NCBI RefSeq assembly: GCF_006345805.1
Contig: NC_043010.1
Coordinates: forward strand, 49,600,001-49,664,000
DNA length: 64,000 nucleotides
Source of the DNA: Octopus sinensis
Taxonomy: Eukaryota
Direction: 5' to 3'
Below are positions 23,689 to 36,550 of this stretch, piece after piece. Position 1 is the stretch's first letter, and each line of letters starts with the position of its first letter. Position numbers and translations under genes: made by a program. Under the pieces are notes generated by a model that worked only from the letters and a program-made list of their open reading frames with translations, made no database searches and was not told the origin of the DNA.

Positions 23689-24567
23689 GCATGTACTATT
23701 CACTGGTAACCACATACTAAGACAAAATCTGACGCTACTTATAAAAGAAGACAGTGATTGATAAGTCACTAATGTTGCAATTAACCATCTAGCTGACTAA
23801 AATATATATGAAATTAAATATTAAACTTATTTTTTTTCTAAAATGATCAACAGTGTAATTTGTTAGTGATTGATTGTTGTGTATAACATTCAGTGAGAAA
23901 AACAAATATTATATTGTTTTTGTGTGTTTGTGCTTGTTTATGTATGTTTGACTATCCATCATTTAAGATCAAGACATAATATGTTGCTTACAATTCTTTT
24001 CCATTTTTTCCTTTTGAGTATATATGAAATTATGTGAAAATATTTTGCAAAATTTAGGACAAAATTTACAGTGTCATTTTGATCAAAATACCTGTTACTC
24101 AGGCTTTTGCAAAACCTTTCATCACAGCTCACTTTAATTATAATTCCTTCACTTTTCCTCACCTACACTTAACATCTCTAGCTGCTACTCACTCCCTCTT
24201 TATATGTTGTTTTAGTCTCCTACTAACGTGAATACAAACAAAGACATGTTTTATTATATGTAATATATATATATATTATGTGTCTCATTTAATTTTAAGA
24301 ATAATCAAGAATTTTAAGTGATTAAGTAAAATAATTTTTCGCTATTAATCGTTTAGCATGTACTATTCACTGGTAACCACATACTAAGACAAAATCTGAC
24401 ACTACTTATAAAAGAAGACAGTGATTGAAAAGTCACTGATGTTTCAATTAGCCACCTAACTGACTAAAATATATATGAAATTAAATATTAAACTTATTTT
24501 TTTCTAAAATGATCAACAGTGTAATTTGTTAGTGATTGATTGTTGTGAGAAAAACAAATATTATATA
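23689..24567 (+). repeat. Direct repeat of ~210-225 bp (23689-23913 and 24356-24567)
   Basis: Both copies begin gcatgtactattcactggtaaccacatactaagacaaaatctgac and remain highly similar to the end. Confidence 0.9.
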
Positions 24568-26656
24568 TCAGACCAAAATTGTCTATTGGTTTTATGTTCA
24601 AACTGGTCAGATCTGATCTCTTATACTTATCCTATGATATTATTCTAAAAATAAACAGTCATGTCATTAAAATTTCAAAGCTTCAAGATAATGCATGACT
24701 AATTCAAATTGATGTGAATAAATAAGCATTATGCTTGACAGAGTAATCTGAATGCTAAATGATTGAGTCAGGGTTTGAAACAACCTCATCAAAGTTCTAA
24801 TTTTGAATTATGGTGGAAGGATTTAAAATAGAGCCAAACACATTAACATTGGCAATTTTATATCTTAGAACCAGAGGCTGTCTCAGGCAGATTGCTGTAT
24901 AAAGTGTTATCAATAGAAGTTAATTAGCCCTAGAACTAACCTGATTTAGCAAACCTAAGAGAAAAGGTTTTCTTGCAGTGGGTATCCTGCCTTTTGCATT
25001 AACATAGTGGACCCAAGACCACATTATTCAATATGTCCTTTTTTTCAAAGACAGTTAGGTATTATTTGAAGGAAATTTGGCTGTTGTAGCAAGTTGAGAG
25101 ACAATGTACCTATTCAATGTGATCATTCAGTTTGCTGAAGATAACAGCCAAATGTGCTCTAATTGTTGGTTTGACTAGAAGAAATGTTTAATAATCTCAC
25201 CTGTAATGTAACAGAATCCTGTGTCTGGGGTACCCATCTCTAGAGTGATGATGAAGACAACATTTAGGTACAATATTTTCAGAATTTAAGTAAACTTTAA
25301 TATTGTTAACTGTTAATAAAGGTCCAAGGAAACTAATGATACTCTGTAGTTGAAAAATTCATCTCTCTCTCTCTCTCTCTCACATATGAAAGTCTTTGCT
25401 GTAAACATCAGCACCCTGATCTTACATACAAACTTATCCCAAATTTCTAAATACTTTTAGTCTTTATTTCATTAGTATGACTATTTGTCATGTTTATGAC
25501 AATCAAATAAGTCCACAGCAATTAGTTCAAATCTTCAGACACCTGTTGTAATTATGTTTCATGATTCACCAGCATTATCTTAGTGACACACCATAAAACC
25601 TGTTCATTAGTCACCTTAAATAGTCCTGACCACACGCAACCATGCAAAATACATGCACTACCCCATTAGCATAACAATGGTGTCTCAGACTAGATAGATA
25701 CATACTGTGTGCAGATGTTGACCGGATGTGTTTATATATTAATAATAGAATGGAGAGCAAAGCAAGCGACTATCCACAATACTGTAAATATAACACAATT
25801 CACCTGTTTCACAACAGAAATAAGAGTATATTTGATGACAGGTGTCATTCCAGATCTTGATAGAAGTTGTTACTTATAATAGAAAATGTACACATTTTAA
25901 AACCATTAAAAAAAATGTATAGATTATTAACTCTTCTTGTTTATTTTCTTTATGTTTAAGTTAAGTGGAAAACAAACTGTTGAGGCCCTGTGCTCCACAA
26001 GGGGCAAAAAGGATTAAGAGAGAGATAGAAGAGATGTTTAAGTTATATGTTGTTGTTTAGTCCTAACTCTGCCCTATTTGAACAGATCTATGATCAGAGA
26101 CATTCCTGTTATTAATCATTGTTTTTTTCTTTTTTCTTTCTTTTTTTTGTATATTGGGAACTGCACTGCCCAATCTGAACTTTTTCCTTTATTTAAGATG
26201 GTAGTGTGTGATGTGAGGGAGATGTGACTTTTTTTTTTTTCCTCCCCAAAAAGAAAAGCTCAACTTTGTAATTTGTCCCCTCTGTGTTCAGCTCTGTGTG
26301 GCTAATAAAGAAACATAGAGAAACATATTTCTAACAGGCCAAATAACTGCATAGAAGCTTCTTTATCGAATCATCTCTAAGCTATTGTATGTTTGTCTCT
26401 GTAAGCCTGTGTATATGTGAAGGCATTAAAAAATTCCCAATTTACTAATAAAATTATTTGAACTTATACAGGGAAAATAATTTTGAAAAGTTGATGTAAA
26501 ATATATATAAATTACCTTATTTAATGTCTTTCAACATAGTGTATATAACTTTTTAATAGAAATAAATGAAGCTATTTTCAAGAATTTATTTCATTTTTAT
26601 TGTCTAGTCTTTCAAAGTTGATCATGATAATTTATGAAAACTTTTACAAATTTCAG

Positions 26657-26809
26657 ATACTGGTAGAATTTGATGGAATAAGTTGGGACAAACGAGAATG
26701 GATTAAAATCTATGAAATATGTCAGATTTTCCTTGTGGAGTACTCAGTTGTGTTAGTTCCAAGAGAATTTCCAAACAGATCACCATCTCAGATGAAATGG
26801 CCTGCTCTG
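26657..26809 (+). CDS. KDM3: Internal coding exon of a KDM3/JMJD1C-family JmjC histone demethylase (N-terminal module; equivalent to vertebrate coding exon 2)
   Basis: Translates as ILVEFDGISWDKREWIKIYEICQIFLVEYSVVLVPREFPNRSPSQMKWPAL. This matches, from memory, human JMJD1C VYVEFDDLEWDKREWVKVYEDFSTFLVEY...QIQWPAL and KDM3B IFVEFDGCNW...QWPAL. Acceptor tttcag|ATA at 26656/26657, donor CTG|gtaagt at 26809/26810. 153 bp, phase 0-0. Confidence 0.93.
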
Positions 26810-27021
26810 GTAAGTTAATGCCATCACATTTTATTCATAATACTTATAACTAATGCATCATTGTAATTCGGTCATAAACCCAATTATTTTCTTTTTTCAC
26901 TTTCTTGGTACCGTTGTACTTAATTCACTTGAGTGGGGAAAAAGAATGGTAGTCTGAGACAAATTTACAGCAGTTTTGTTGTAAAGGATACTGACCCTTT
27001 AATAATAAATGAAAATAGTTT

Positions 27022-27815
27022 GTAAGGAGAAAAACAATTAGTTTTAAATCTCCAAGTGAGAAATAAGTAGTAACAATGCTACAGAGTAAAGTCTATTTGC
27101 CAACATAACGTGGCAGTCTTGATTAGGATGGTGTTACTACCTGTTTAGCTAGCTGTCAACGCACAACTGCATCCTTATACCTCAAACAAGGGAGCTAATG
27201 TCTCCACTCACCCTTAAACGGTACTTGCAGACCAATGGTTTCTGGGTTATTTCTCTTCATTGGCACAGGATAACCGTTGGCTAAAGATGCCAGCACTAGG
27301 CCTTGCTTGCGGTATAAAGGGACACACAGCTACTGATCTCGTAAGTAGAAAAGCAATTAGTTTTAAATCTCTGAGCAAGAAATAAGTAGTAACAGTACTA
27401 CAGAGTAAAGTCTATTTGCTAACGTAAAGTGGCAGTCCTGGCAAATAGATTTTATTATGTAGTACTGTTACTACTTAATTCTCACTCAGAGATTTAAAAC
27501 TAATTGTTTTTCTCCTTATGAGATCAGTGACTGTGTGTCACTTTAAAACTATATACCTCAAGTGAAGCCTAGTGCTGCCATCTCTAGCCAAGGTTATCCT
27601 GTGCCAATTAAGAGAAATAACCCAGAAACCAACGGACTGCAGGTACCGTTTAAGGTTGAGTGGGGACATTAGCTCCTTTGTTTGAGGTATAAGGATGCAA
27701 TTGTGCATCGATAGCCAGCTGAAAAAGATGTTTTCCTGGAGTTAAAAAAAGGTAGTAACACCATCCTAATATGAACTGCCACTTTATGCTGGCAAATAAA
27801 TGTTACTCTATATAG
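27022..27815. repeat. Fold-back palindrome built from a 319-bp tandem unit
   Basis: Unit starts at 27022 and 27341. From 27438 to ~27815 the sequence is the reverse complement of ~27079-27420. Confidence 0.92.
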
Positions 27816-28423
27816 TTTGTACTTGATTTAAATTGCAATTTGTTCTATGGTTTCATCATGGGTAGAAGAATGGGGTAGTCCATTACCTGGCTAATGAATG
27901 GCCAATGAACTGAGAAACATGTTAGGGTAATCTCCTTTATTTTTTTCTATTAATTAAGAGAATGTCAGGGTCTATTCACATCTATTTAAAGTTCTACAAT
28001 AAAAATCTGAAGGTTAACTACTTCAAATTTACCTTAGATTTTCTAATACACACAGTGTTGTGCGTAAATATTTACTTATTAAACATTAATAGAAATATTA
28101 AATATTAGATCACCTTTTCTATAATTACTAACAAACAAGTCACTGTAAATAATTTTATGAATCTTGGAAAATACTCTTTTCTTTTTGCTCATAAAAAAAA
28201 AAATAATACAGTTATTTTTTTATAACTTCAAATTTTTAATATTTTTTACATTTCCCATATTTTAAAATAATATTTGCTAATCCTTATAAAGCAGATTATC
28301 TAAAGAGTAGTTTACAGTAATGAGAAAATTAACATTTTGTTTTCACTTCTTTGAATTGTGCAATATATATTATTGATTAAAAAAAAAAACCCAAGTATAA
28401 ATATTCAGTTGTGTGTGTGTGTG

Positions 28424-28466
<43 letters not shown>

Positions 28467-28488
<22 letters not shown>

Positions 28489-28518
28489 ACCCATGCTACC
28501 ATGGAAGGTAGACGTTAA

Positions 28519-28552
<34 letters not shown>

Positions 28553-28592
28553 ACCCATGCTACCATGGAAGGTAGACGTTAAATATATATAT
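28467..28592 (+). repeat. Tandem duplication of microsatellite plus an RTE-tail stub
   Basis: (GT)n-acccatgctaccatggaaggtagacgttaaat-(AT)n occurs twice. Confidence 0.85.
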
Positions 28593-30440
28593 ATTAAGAG
28601 ATCAGGAATTAAAACTCCTATTTATTACATTAATAACTTTCTCAAAAGTGTTAGCATTATAAAAGAACTGCAGTGAACCCCATCCTGAAATCAGGTGATA
28701 GATTCAGTTAGTTTGACTCATATGATATTTATCACTGTAACATTAATGTTGTTTTAGCTTCTGGTCAGCCCTGATCAGACAGAGTTATATCCATAAGCGT
28801 TCCTGTTAGCATCATGTCATCTTTTCTCTTCAGTCAGTTTTTCTATATCTAGAACTACATCATTCACTGTATTCTATATTTTAGGTGGTAATTAACTATC
28901 TGCCATCAGGTAGAGTGTGACATGAGGGAGATTTAGTTATTATTTCCAGCTGACTGAGTGAGCAAACTAAGGCTCCTTTAGCTCATTGATTTCTTTCCCA
29001 GCTGCAAGGCTTCATAGATGTTTAAGGGATCAGGAATGAAATTCATGTGATATTCATATGTTTTTCAAGAACATTAACCCAGCTCTAACGATTTAGCACT
29101 CAACACCATATTATTAATAATGTTTTGCTAAGAATATTGAAAGCTATGGAGTTCCTTTGCACATGAGACAGTTTCACTGAATTTATGCAGCCATTGTACT
29201 CCAAACATAAACCGTTCTGATCACAGCTATTGCTTGGAATAGCTTTAATGCTTCTTTGATATAGCTGCCAAGTTGGCATAGTATTCACTAGATGGCTTTT
29301 TATTGCATTTCATTTCAGTATCATTTGATTGATTGATAGAGTTGCAACCTGCAATTAAATCTTCTTTTGCTCTTGATTTTCTCAGTTCAAACAGTGTGCT
29401 TGTGTATGCTTATTCGATAGATTGTTTCCAATTTGTCATGTATAGCTGTGTTAAAAGACAGTTGTTTTTTTTTTTAAGTTAATGTGGTTTGTCTACTTGT
29501 TACAACTACATATATATATTACATATGTATATTTGTGCATCATATTTGAGTGTTCATGCATTATATACACACACATATACATACATATGTTATATACATA
29601 TAAAACATTGTTTTACCTCTGCTTTATCTATGCTGACATGGGTTAGATGAGGCAATATTCTATGGCTGGATGCCATTCCAGTTGTCAACTCTCACTAGTT
29701 TCCATGCCCAACAAACTACTCAACTGTAAAATATGTTATGACATTGTCTTGACTTAGTTTTATGCTAAGCATGTAAACATAATACAAACTAGCTGACCAT
29801 GTTCCATCAATAATGACAGCTAATTGTAGTATTTTATACATAAATAAGGTACAAAATAAGGTACATTATAATCACACATACAAACATTCACGTACTTCCC
29901 TTGTACATGCACACATATATTCGCACAGAGTTGAAATGCTGATTTTTTCCCACCCCTTCTTTTCACTCACTGTCTCTCAGTCAGGGCTATTACTCTCACT
30001 ACCTCTCCTTCACTGAATTACTATTTTTTCTCCGCATCCGGTGTGATGCTGGACAAATATACATATATACAAATATATAAAAACACTACGCTCATTATTA
30101 TATTAGGAGTTGGGGAAACACACACACACATACAGTATTGCCTGTGCATACACACCTTTTATATGCAATATCTTAGATGTTTAGTGACAATGAATGAGCC
30201 TGTCTAACTTGTGTGTTGCAATATCTTTTTTGTTAATCAGCTGAACTGAATAATGTTTTCCATGCCTGTTGAACAAATATTCATTTGGCCTGTTTATGAG
30301 AGTAAAACTTTAATTTTCTTTCTAAACAACAAATAATTGAAGCATTTTCAGATTCATTTGTAATGTGCAGTTTACAAAAAGTAGATAGTTGGATCATGTA
30401 AAAGCATATTTTTAAAGTTTTCTACAAAATTTTCATACTT

Positions 30441-30865
30441 AGGAGTGGCTGTGTGGTAAGTAGCTTGCTTACCGACCACATGGTTCAGGGTTCAGTCCCA
30501 CTACGTGGCACCTTGGGCAAGTGTCTTCTACTATAGCCTCGGGCCAACCAAAGCCTTGTGAGTGGATTTGGTAGACAGAAACTGAAAGAAGCCCGTTGTA
30601 TATATGTATATATATGTATGTGTTTGTGTGTCTGTGTCTGTCCTCCCAACATTGCTTGACAACCGATGCTGGTGTGTTTACGTCTCTGTAACTTAGCGGT
30701 TTGGTAAAAGAGACCGATAGAATAAGTACTAGGCTTACAAAAATAAGTCCTGGGGTCGATTTGCTCGATTAAAGGTGGTGCTCCAGCTTGCTCGATTAAA
30801 GGTGGTGCTCCAGCATGGCCACGGTCAAATGACTGAGACAAGTAAAAAAGAGAAAAAGAGAAAAG
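30441..30865 (+). mobile_element. Well-preserved family A SINE with an internal 27-bp duplication
   Basis: Head aggagtggctgtgtggtaagtagcttgc...ggttcagtccc. ttgctcgattaaaggtggtgctccagc occurs twice near the tail. Confidence 0.88.
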
Positions 30866-31299
30866 TGAAGTTAGACATGTTCTTTCTTCAATTCTGAGTG
30901 TTCCTTTAGAACAAGTGTGAATGTACCTTTAACTTTACATTCAGAACTATGGTAAAGATCTGGATTACGCATTTGAGATGTCTCAGTCTGTATACAATTT
31001 CTGTTTTTGTTAAGTAATCTGCTGACTACTGACAAGCTTGATTAAGCAAAACCTGATTATAGTTGTTACAAACAATTCGAGACTGGAACATTTATACTGT
31101 GATGTGCTCTACTTCATATATTACTAAGTAAATGTCATATTTACAAGTATTTCTCCCACCTTCAATCACAATTTGGCTGAATAGTTTATCTACTAAATTG
31201 AAAAACTAATGAGTTCAAAATTTATCCATGGCATTCTTTCACTGATTTAGTTCGCTAATCAGTAAACCTTGAACTTCTTTCCATTTCATAACTGTCTTG

Positions 31300-31687
31300 C
31301 AAACCTGGGCACCAAACCGTTAATCGTTAATTAAGAAAGTTAACACTTTCGTTAACAGTTTAACTTTTAAGTTAACTTTGGAAATCATTATTGGACTAAT
31401 TATCTTTTGTTACATTTAACTTCTGTTAACTGAATTCCACTTGAGTTAACTTCTGTTAACTTCAATTTGATTGATGTGAACAGATTTTATAGTTTTGGCA
31501 CATTTTAAAGGTGGTTTTAGAACAAAAACTGTTTTTTTTTTTGTTTTGTTTTTTCCATAATAAAAATTAATGTTAATGGTTCATTGATAAATTCTGTTAC
31601 ATTTGGAAATAAGTAACTGATTAACAGTTATCGGGGCTAACTTTTTGGTTAATGAAGTTAACTTTTCGATTAACAGTGCCCCCTTTG
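31300..31687. mobile_element. hAT-type non-autonomous element, GTTAAC-rich
   Basis: 8-bp TSD ctgtcttg at 31292-31299 and 31688-31695. CA...TG termini with imperfect TIR CAAACCTGGGCAC / CAAAGGGGGCAC. Confidence 0.8.
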
Positions 31688-34600
31688 CTGTCTTGTGTAT
31701 ACAGATATCTTGTAAATTAATTCTCTACTGTTTTTTTTTCATAAAATACTCCAATTTGAACATGTTAAAGCAACTCTGGAGGTCTTTCTTACAATAGTTA
31801 AACTAAAGGCTATATTTGATAACTGACTTAAAATTGATATGTACAACCAGTATTTGACTAGTGCTTATACAAAATGATACTGAAGAATATTCTCAACAAG
31901 ACAAATATAGGTAAAAATTAGAAATATAGTTCCATAGCTAATTTCCTGTTTTTGGTACAAAAAGGAATGTGTTAAAAGTACTACTGACTGGGCATTGGAC
32001 CAAAGTAGTGTCATTATTTTCTTAGATTTTATTCTATAGAGGTTGCTACTAGTTTCTGACATCAATGTAACTGGCTCTGAATTTGAACTGTTTCCAGGTG
32101 ATATAAATGTTTAGAAGCTGATAAATTCTCTTGAAGTTAATTACTGTTGCCAAAAAGATCTAACCTCAATACTTTGCTGGATTGAATTAAATTAAATTGA
32201 GTTCAAGTAAAGTTTGATGAACAAAAATAGAGCAAATTGCTTCATAACTCCGGAAGTTCTTTAAATTTTATTTGAATGTGTTGGAAAATCTTTATTTGGC
32301 TTACACATTTCTCACAGTCCGTAATTGAAACAAGTATGTGTGTACATGGAGGGGTTTGTTTTCATTTTCAATTCAGTTATATTATTGGACCTGTTTACTA
32401 TAGAGACTTACGTACTCTGACAGTAGAAGCAATTTAGAGTAGGAATTCATATTAGCTAATCAGAAAAATCTTCCTGACATACAAAATAATTTGTTTGCTA
32501 AAATTCCATGACATGTGATTTATGATTTTAAATAAGTGAAAATTCATACTTTAATGTAAATTAGAATTTTCTGATTTAATTTTCTTATTTAAGTGGCAAG
32601 TATTGGCAAATGAGTAAATAACATTGATATTGTGTTTTTTGTTTAGAAACCAAGAATCCTTTAAAAAGTGGAACTTGTTTCATTCAAACCTTACTAAAAG
32701 TCATAGTATAGTGTCCATAATCAAGATATTACTTGCCAAGTTTTCCTAAATGACAACAGGTCCTAATCCTAATTTTTGCTTCTGTAGTTAGTGAAAGTAA
32801 GGGCACTCAACTGAAAAAAGAAAAAAATTCCTTCAGTAGAAACAATCTGAAAAATGTCTGCACAAATAAATGGATATAAAACTGTAAAAAAAGAAAAAGG
32901 AAGAAAATATAATAAATAAATTCAACATTCTTAATTTAAATAAATTAATGTAATTACTGTCACAAACATTCATAACAAAATGTTGTCAAAAGGAAATGAT
33001 AACAGCTTTGGGACACAAGGCAAGTTGTAATTTGCTGATGGTATAAACTAGTTTTATATTTGTGATGATCCACTGGCTTTACTAAAAGTTCTGTTTTGCT
33101 CATTGTTTGCTTTTAATGGCTTTAGTCAGTGTACATATGTTAATTTGAAATCAGATAAAACCACTTGAGGTTAAAATCGGAAATATGTTTCATTGAGATA
33201 TTGTCCATGCCACTTTTCTGAATCTATTTTTATATATTATAATATGAACTACAAATTATAATATTAAAACATAAGTATATCTATGTTGATATCATTATTA
33301 ATTGAGATCGATTTTACCTTTAATCTTTCTGGGATTGATAAGTACCAGTCATCTACTAGAATCATTTCAATTGACTATATTCCTTCCCTATAAATGTGCT
33401 AATGGATGGCAGTTCAAATACTGTCTGGGTCAACTGACTTTCTTCATTTTGGGAACAAAATATTTTCATAATCATTAAGGCTTTAGTGAATTGCTTTACG
33501 GTATTCACTTCAGTACGAGGCTTCAGGATTGATAAAATTAGTACCAGTAACATAATGAGGTTGAATCAATTCATTATATCTACTCCTTCCCTATGAATAT
33601 GCAAAACTGACTCTGGGTTTTGCTAAAAGCTAATCCTTTTCTGAACCACCAGTATTTATTTCACCTTTTGTGGCATGAAGTAAATGAGAGATATCCTTCT
33701 GGATAGGAAACTGAACACTCATTGGGAAACATTTTTGTCACTGAATGGTACTATAAGCCAGCAAATTCCTCATTTATTCCACTACTACTGCTACTTAAAG
33801 TGGTCATATAACCTGCACTACATACTTTACATTTGTCTTTGGCATTAACATCAGAATGGTTACTTTAATTCCTTTAGCAGTATGTACAATCATGTTTCAG
33901 AGTATTGCCATGTTTTGCTGCTTATTTTATTTATTCTTCTGTTCTTATTTATAAGTGTTGTCAAAGGATTTTACCACCTACTTGATCAAGTCAGTGAATA
34001 TGTTCCTTGTTCAGAGATTTTAACACTATCAATCTTTGGAATAAATAAATAAAATAATTATCAGTAATATAATGAAGTTGAATCAATTGACTATGCTCCT
34101 TCCCTATGGAAACAAGATTCCATCTCTGCTCTAAAATTTGACATTTGACATTTCCAGCTGTATTAAGATAAGTACTAGTCAAGTACTGGAGGTTTATTCA
34201 ACTTTAAACCCCATATTCAAGTTATAATGCATTACAAACCCATGGTCTCTAAATTCTCTTAAATAGAAGGTGGATTTCAAGCTTTAAATTCTTGCTGTAT
34301 GTTGATGCGGTCCTATTTTTTTAGATTTCAGTTTTATTGCAGAACAATTGAACAATATTGATATTAAACAGTTTGTAGTGATGACAATTGTATAAGTAAG
34401 CACCCTAGTGAGATGCTAATGCAGTCTAGTTTCAATTTCATTTCACATAAATTATCAATGAAACTTAGTAAAATACATAGTTGTCATTTCATCTCATCTC
34501 TCTTTAATTTTGTGGCCTCATGTTGAGCCCAGTTACTCCCACTCAAAAAAGAAAAAAAGGGAAACAGAAAATTATAATATTCTACAATTCAGCAAAGCCT

Positions 34601-36332
34601 TGGAAGCTTAAGAACTTCATGCCTAATGAAGAAATCAGTATTATATATTAATGTCTTTACATTCAGTTTCCAGACCAATATTAGTTGAATGCTTTTATGA
34701 ATTCAGAATTGTTGAAACGGATATTTTACAGCTGAATGCTCTTTGTAAAGTTAACTTGGTTGGATATAAAATCTCCAGACATAACCAATATGGTATGGCT
34801 TTTCATTAGTTGGTTGGTATATTGTGTATTTGCTATACAAAGGAAGTAGTATTATTGAAGAGTAAACTGTCTTTTGTGTTTAAATAAGTACAAAGCAATG
34901 ATAACCAGGCAAATTTATTTTCCTTGAAAGTGGATTTACCTATAATTTTGGTCATCAAGTAGCTAAATATGTTCAAGGAACACAATAGCACATATTATTA
35001 TTTATAAAGACCATTTAATCTAAACCACAAGTTGTCTTTTTCCTTTTAAGCAACACTTTTTTTTTAATATCTTTGTGCTCAGAAAATCTTTTAAGTTGGT
35101 ATGGAAATTTCTGAATAAAATATTTAACTGTATGGATTCTTTCCTCTACAGACAAATGTACATTTGACTGTTGTTTTTTTATTTTTTTTATTTTTGGCGG
35201 TTATCTTAGTTCTACAACTAAATACTCACATGTATTTTACTTTTGTCTATTCTATCCCCCCCCCCCTACAAAAAAAAAAGATGGAACTTAGTTATTAAAC
35301 CAGTACAAGGGAGTAAATATCAAAACTAGTGTAATTGTATGAATAACACTGTGTAACATGATTTTTTTTGTCCTTGGAAAGCAATTGTTATTTCCTATTT
35401 GCTTACTTTTAGAAAGTATGAAAAATTGCTAATATTTCCTTCAAACTTTGATTTTGTTGCATTTGTTTAAACCCCAAAGAATCCCTCTCAACACATGGTC
35501 ATGATGCTACACCACTACTCCTGCTCATGTTCAGAGATGCACATATTGTCAGCCACTAAGGGACATGCTCAAGTGCTTACGGTCAACCAACTGAAAAGCA
35601 AATCTGTGATATTGAGCAGAATATTTGCTATAACAATATTTCTGCTTCAGCAACTCAGTGCAAAATCTGAAATGTGATGGAAAATAGGTCAGTTTCAAAA
35701 CATTGATGTCTAGGCCATAAAAGCAAAGTTTGAATGGAATAGAAGTCATTTCCTGTGATTTCTTGAGAGAAGCAAATAAGAAATAACACTTACTAACCAA
35801 AGATAAATAAATGATTTTAATTTTGTTACATACTGTAAAATCAATTTAAATTTGAAAACAAGTGATAATTGTTTTATATTCTGTTGACTAAGATGAGTTA
35901 TATGACTTTCTTAAGTTATGTTAGCGCCAGATTTTAAGATTTGGATTTTTTTTATTAGTAGTGTAACACCTTTCAGTAAAACAATATAGATGTACAAGTG
36001 ACTGTGTCATTACTTGACCTGATAAAACTGCCACCAAATCTCTCTCAAATTACATCCTACCATCTTGGGGTAAAAATGGGAAAATACATTAGATAATGTA
36101 ATGTTGTCATAGATAAATCGTCTGAATATAAGGTGGGATGGTCATGGCCAGAATGCCTTTTATCTTGGGCCTTTTTGGTCAGGACTGACATTAGTGCAAA
36201 CAATAATGCTTGAATATTAAAAAAAATTCTCATTTAGAATAGCATGCTGATTCAAAATAGAATATTGTGTATGAAAGAATGTTTAAATATTTTGTTGTCT
36301 TAGGAAATATGCAAATATATGTTAAGTTTTAA

Positions 36333-36550
36333 CCCTTCAGCAGTTAAACTGGCCATATGCAGCCAAAATATTCTACCTGTTTTATCTTCAAACCAGCTAG
36401 ACCTGGCCTCTCAAACCTACTCTACAACGTCATTTTACAAATTAACGACATCATTAATCTCTCAAAGCTATGATATAGTGCATGATCAATTGAAAACTAT
36501 GTAAATAAATAAGCATTACATTTGACAAAGTAATCTGAATGCTGAATGAC
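36333..36550 (-). mobile_element. piggyBac-type MITE family 1
   Basis: Reverse complement of 7934-8153, with TTAA at 36329-36332. Confidence 0.75.

Noticed and set aside
24958-24992. EKRFSCSGYP as a candidate KDM3 exon 1 (compare GKRFLCV)
   Set aside because: Too short a match, no WRAG motif, no start or splice context, and it lies in repeat-like sequence.
26600-26656. N-terminal part of the 72-aa ORF as a start exon
   Set aside because: It begins at TTG and is a pyrimidine/AT-rich acceptor region. Homology starts only after tttcag.
29100-29420. Possible Penelope GIY-YIG relic on the minus strand (YIKEAL)
   Set aside because: Only one short motif is recognisable; needs a profile search.
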